Source: Bacteroidota bacterium
Lineage (GTDB): Bacteria; Bacteroidota; Bacteroidia; Flavobacteriales; Flavobacteriaceae
Length of the DNA stretch: 38,859 nucleotides
Direction: 5' to 3'
Assembly (NCBI GenBank): GCA_003045935.1
Contig: PZPI01000002.1
Coordinates: 1-38,859 of the forward strand
Shown: positions 36,490-38,859 of the stretch, one piece after another
How positions within the stretch are numbered: the first letter of the stretch is position 1
Layout: the number at the start of each line of letters is the position of its first letter
The notes under the pieces: generated by a model
The model's database searches: none
What the model saw: only the letters and a program-made list of their open reading frames with translations
What the model was told of the DNA's origin: nothing
Made by a program: the position numbers and the translations under genes

Positions 36490-36595
36490 TTGATTATTCT
36501 AATTTGGAATTAAGGTAAATAAAAAAGTTAAACAAAAAATATTTAGTTCATCTTTTTCTAAAAAAGATTAAACGAAAATTGAAGGTTTATTTAAC

Positions 36596-37006
36596 CTATT
36601 TCCCTGAATAGGTCACAAAGTTTCTAGGAGTCTCATATAGAACCACTTCTATGTCCTTGTCTAATTCAATGTGAGGCCTAAGTTTATTATAAATAACAAC
36701 TGCAATATTCTCTGCGGTAGGGTTCATTTCTTTGAATTCAGGTACTTCAAGATTTAAATTCTTGTGATCAAATGCACTCTCGATCTTAGACTTAATCAAA
36801 TCTTTGAGGACTTTCATGTCCATAACATATCCAGTTATAGGATCAATTTCACCGGTAACACTAACAATCAATTCATAATTATGACCATGATAGTTCGGAT
36901 TATTGCATAAACCAAAGATCTCTTGATTCTTCTCAAATGACCAGTCTGAACGATACAAACGGTGGGCAGCATTAAAATGAGCCTGTCTACTTACCTTTAC
37001 TCTCAT
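36596..37006 (-). CDS. 6-pyruvoyl-tetrahydropterin synthase family protein (COG0720), eukaryote-like PTPS-II active site
   Basis: HFNAAHRLY ... FGLCNNPNYHGHNYEL ... GEIDPITGYVMD is near-collinear with mammalian PTPS (CNNPNGHGHNY). The Cys-x5-HGH spacing differs from QueD-type Cx3HGH. Confidence 0.8.
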   Translation of the reverse strand: MRVKVSRQAHFNAAHRLYRSDWSFEKNQEIFGLCNNPNYHGHNYELIVSVTGEIDPITGYVMDMKVLKDLIKSKIESAFDHKNLNLEVPEFKEMNPTAENIAVVIYNKLRPHIELDKDIEVVLYETPRNFVTYSGK

Positions 37007-37527
37007 GATTGTTTTGTTAAAAATTCTACGAATCGATCAAAAATGATCTTGAACCAGGCGGTGTAATCTTGGGGATTATCCTTCATATCTTTCTGAAGTA
37101 CCTCCATATCGATCCACCTCCACGATGCTACCTCTTCAGGGTTAATAATAGGCTCTTCGTTATAATAACCCACCATCACATGGTCGAGTTCGTGTTCGGT
37201 AAGACCATTGTCAAATTCAGCTTTGTACACAAAATGAAATTTTTCTTCAAGATCGACTTCAAATCCCATTTCTTCTCGTAACCTACGCTTTCCAGCTTCA
37301 ATATTAGACTCCCCCTGGCGCTGATGACTACAACAAGTATTTGTCCAAAGAAGTGGTGAATGATATTTGTGCGCAGCACGTTGTTGAAGCATGAGTTCTC
37401 CACGATCATTGAAGATAAAAACTGAGAAAGCACGATGAAGAACAGCCTTTTCGTGAGCCTCCATTTTTTCCATGGTACCCAGTTCACTATCCGCAGTATC
37501 CACTAATATTACATATTCCTTTTTCAT
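37003..37527 (-). CDS. idi: Isopentenyl-diphosphate delta-isomerase, type 1 (Nudix)
   Basis: LHRAFSVFIFN ... LLQQRAAHKYHSPLLWTNTCCSHQRQGES ... EHE. ATGA overlap with the downstream PTPS gene. Confidence 0.9.
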   Translation of the reverse strand: MKKEYVILVDTADSELGTMEKMEAHEKAVLHRAFSVFIFNDRGELMLQQRAAHKYHSPLLWTNTCCSHQRQGESNIEAGKRRLREEMGFEVDLEEKFHFVYKAEFDNGLTEHELDHVMVGYYNEEPIINPEEVASWRWIDMEVLQKDMKDNPQDYTAWFKIIFDRFVEFLTKQS

Positions 37528-37587
37528 TTTATAAAATTACTCAATTCTTATTCGACAGCAGCGAAATGACCAAACTGAAAATATGGC

Positions 37588-37595
37588 TATTTTTG
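37588..37595 (+). promoter_or_regulatory. Candidate -7 promoter box (TATTTTTG) for prfC
   Basis: Exact TAnnTTTG match 17 nt upstream of ATG 37613. It supports that start over the in-frame ATG at 37583. Confidence 0.35.
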
Positions 37596-37612
37596 CGGTC
37601 TTATTGCTTATT

Positions 37613-38859
37613 ATGTCTATCGCGAAAGAAATTAATAAACGTAGAACGTTCGGAATCATCTCCCATCCAGATGCTGGAAAAACTACCCTTACTGAAAAGC
37701 TTCTTTTATTCGGGGGAGCCATACAAGAAGCGGGAGCAGTAAAAAATAATAAGATTAAGAAATCGGCGACCAGTGACTTTATGGAAATTGAGCGTCAGCG
37801 AGGTATCTCTGTAGCTACGTCGGTACTTGCCTTTGAATACCGCGATAAGAAAATCAATATTCTTGATACCCCCGGTCATAAGGACTTCGCAGAAGACACT
37901 TACCGAACACTTACGGCGGTAGATAGTGTGATTGTTGTAATTGATGTAGCAAAAGGGGTAGAGGAACAAACCGAAAAACTGGTTTCAGTTTGTAGAATGA
38001 GAAATATCCCTATGATTGTATTTATCAACAAGCTCGATCGCGAGGGTAAGGATGCATTCGATCTTTTAGACGAAGTTGAACAAAAGTTAGGACTAGCAGT
38101 TACGCCCCTTAGTTTTCCAATCGGTATGGGGTACGATTTTAAAGGAATCTACAATCTCTATGAGAAAAATGTCAATTTATTTGACGGAAGCAATAAAACT
38201 CATGTATCTAAAACCACAGCAATCGACAATGTTCAAAGTGAGCAACTCGACAATCTAGTAGGTTCGAGTGCTGCGGATAGCTTACGTGAGAATCTGGAAC
38301 TCGTTGAGGGAGTTTATCCAAGCTTTAATCGCAATGAATATTTAGCCGGAACGCAACAACCAGTTTTCTTTGGTTCAGCACTAAATAACTTCGGGGTAAG
38401 AGAACTCCTTGACTGCTTCATAGACATTGCTCCAACTCCTCGCCCAAAAGCAGCCGAGGAACGAGTAGTTCAACCTGAAGAAGAAGAATTCAGCGGGTTT
38501 GTATTTAAGATACATGCCAACATGGACCCAAAGCATAGAGATCGATTAGCGTTTATCAAAATTGTTTCGGGAACCTTCGAACGTAACAAACCTTACTTAC
38601 ACGTTAGACATCAGAAAAAACTAAAATTCTCAAGTCCAAATACTTTCTTTGCTGAGCGCAAGGAGATCATAGATATTTCATACCCTGGAGACATCGTGGG
38701 TTTACATGATACAGGGAATTTCAAAATTGGTGACACCCTTACTTCTAGTGAAAATTTGAATTATCGTGGCATACCAAGCTTCTCACCAGAACATTTCAGG
38801 TACATTAATAACGCAGACCCAATGAAGGCAAAACAGCTATTCAAAGGGATTGACCAATT
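37613..38859 (+). CDS. prfC: Peptide chain release factor 3 (3'-truncated by the window edge)
   Basis: Hand translation [44 protein letters not shown] ... DTPGHKDF ... INKLDR stays open to the window end. Absent from the ORF track because it has no stop codon. Confidence 0.9.
   Translation, partial: MSIAKEINKRRTFGIISHPDAGKTTLTEKLLLFGGAIQEAGAVKNNKIKKSATSDFMEIERQRGISVATSVLAFEYRDKKINILDTPGHKDFAEDTYRTLTAVDSVIVVIDVAKGVEEQTEKLVSVCRMRNIPMIVFINKLDREGKDAFDLLDEVEQKLGLAVTPLSFPIGMGYDFKGIYNLYEKNVNLFDGSNKTHVSKTTAIDNVQSEQLDNLVGSSAADSLRENLELVEGVYPSFNRNEYLAGTQQPVFFGSALNNFGVRELLDCFIDIAPTPRPKAAEERVVQPEEEEFSGFVFKIHANMDPKHRDRLAFIKIVSGTFERNKPYLHVRHQKKLKFSSPNTFFAERKEIIDISYPGDIVGLHDTGNFKIGDTLTSSENLNYRGIPSFSPEHFRYINNADPMKAKQLFKGIDQ

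Noticed and set aside
36550-36568. Hairpin ATCTTTTT-CTA-AAAAAGAT downstream of the idi-PTPS operon, considered as a terminator.
   Set aside because: The stem is almost entirely A-T (a single G-C pair) and has no immediately adjacent T-run on the minus strand. It is too weak to call.
36596-37006. Annotating this gene as queD (6-carboxytetrahydropterin synthase, queuosine pathway).
   Set aside because: The active-site spacing is Cys-x5-HGH (CNNPNYHGH), as in mammalian PTPS, rather than QueD's Cx3HGH. No other que genes or preQ1 riboswitch-like element are adjacent.
37537-37969. Minus-strand track ORFs 37537..37722 and 37706..37969.
   Set aside because: Both lie antisense to the 5' part of prfC. 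The prfC translation ([21 protein letters not shown]..., DTPGHKDF) is unmistakable and remains open to the window end.
1-38859. Searched for CRISPR arrays, transposases, integrases, phage genes, toxin-antitoxin pairs or known defence-system domains (nucleases/ATPases in islands).
   Set aside because: No spaced repeat arrays were seen. No ORF carries DDE, tyrosine- or serine-recombinase, capsid, terminase or defence-type motifs. Nearly every ORF has an ordinary housekeeping or metabolic identity. The only nucleases are a secreted S1/P1 enzyme and a DnaQ-like exonuclease, both in conserved-looking contexts.

Overview
The window reads as a gene-dense, mostly housekeeping chromosomal segment of a Bacteroidota genome, probably Flavobacteriia-like. 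It is moderately AT-rich by eye. The rpmB-rpmG-DUF4295-ftsY-rimO arrangement is typical of that phylum. Exact TAnnTTTG '-7' promoter boxes recur just upstream of start codons, and many stop/start codons overlap.

I can support about 45 CDS, including two that the ORF track misses. One is a 50-aa DUF4295 gene. The other is the 3'-open prfC at the right edge. There are also two tRNAs (Lys-UUU, Leu-GAG) and several intrinsic terminators.

The only clearly accessory-looking block is a carotenoid island (3138-9596). A MerR regulator with a CarH-like cobalamin-photoreceptor signature is fused into an operon with crtI-crtB-crtZ-crtD-like and a polytopic membrane protein. A convergent crtA-like gene follows. 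This gene content points to a monocyclic hydroxy-carotenoid of the myxol or saproxanthin type.

I saw no rRNA, CRISPR array, transposase, integrase, phage genes or recognisable defence system. I cannot honestly name a convincing novel system here. The best leads are:
- the light/B12-type regulator wired to the crt operon;
- an overlapping araC-alkB-DUF2805 operon;
- a translationally coupled DUF5916 (CBM9-like outer-membrane protein) / DUF819 (inner-membrane protein) pair;
- a tetR-ABC1 kinase-fabH operon;
- an idi / eukaryote-like PTPS pair;
- an orphan promoter-sORF-terminator mini-unit upstream of htpG.

All family calls rest on motif recognition by eye. No database search was run.
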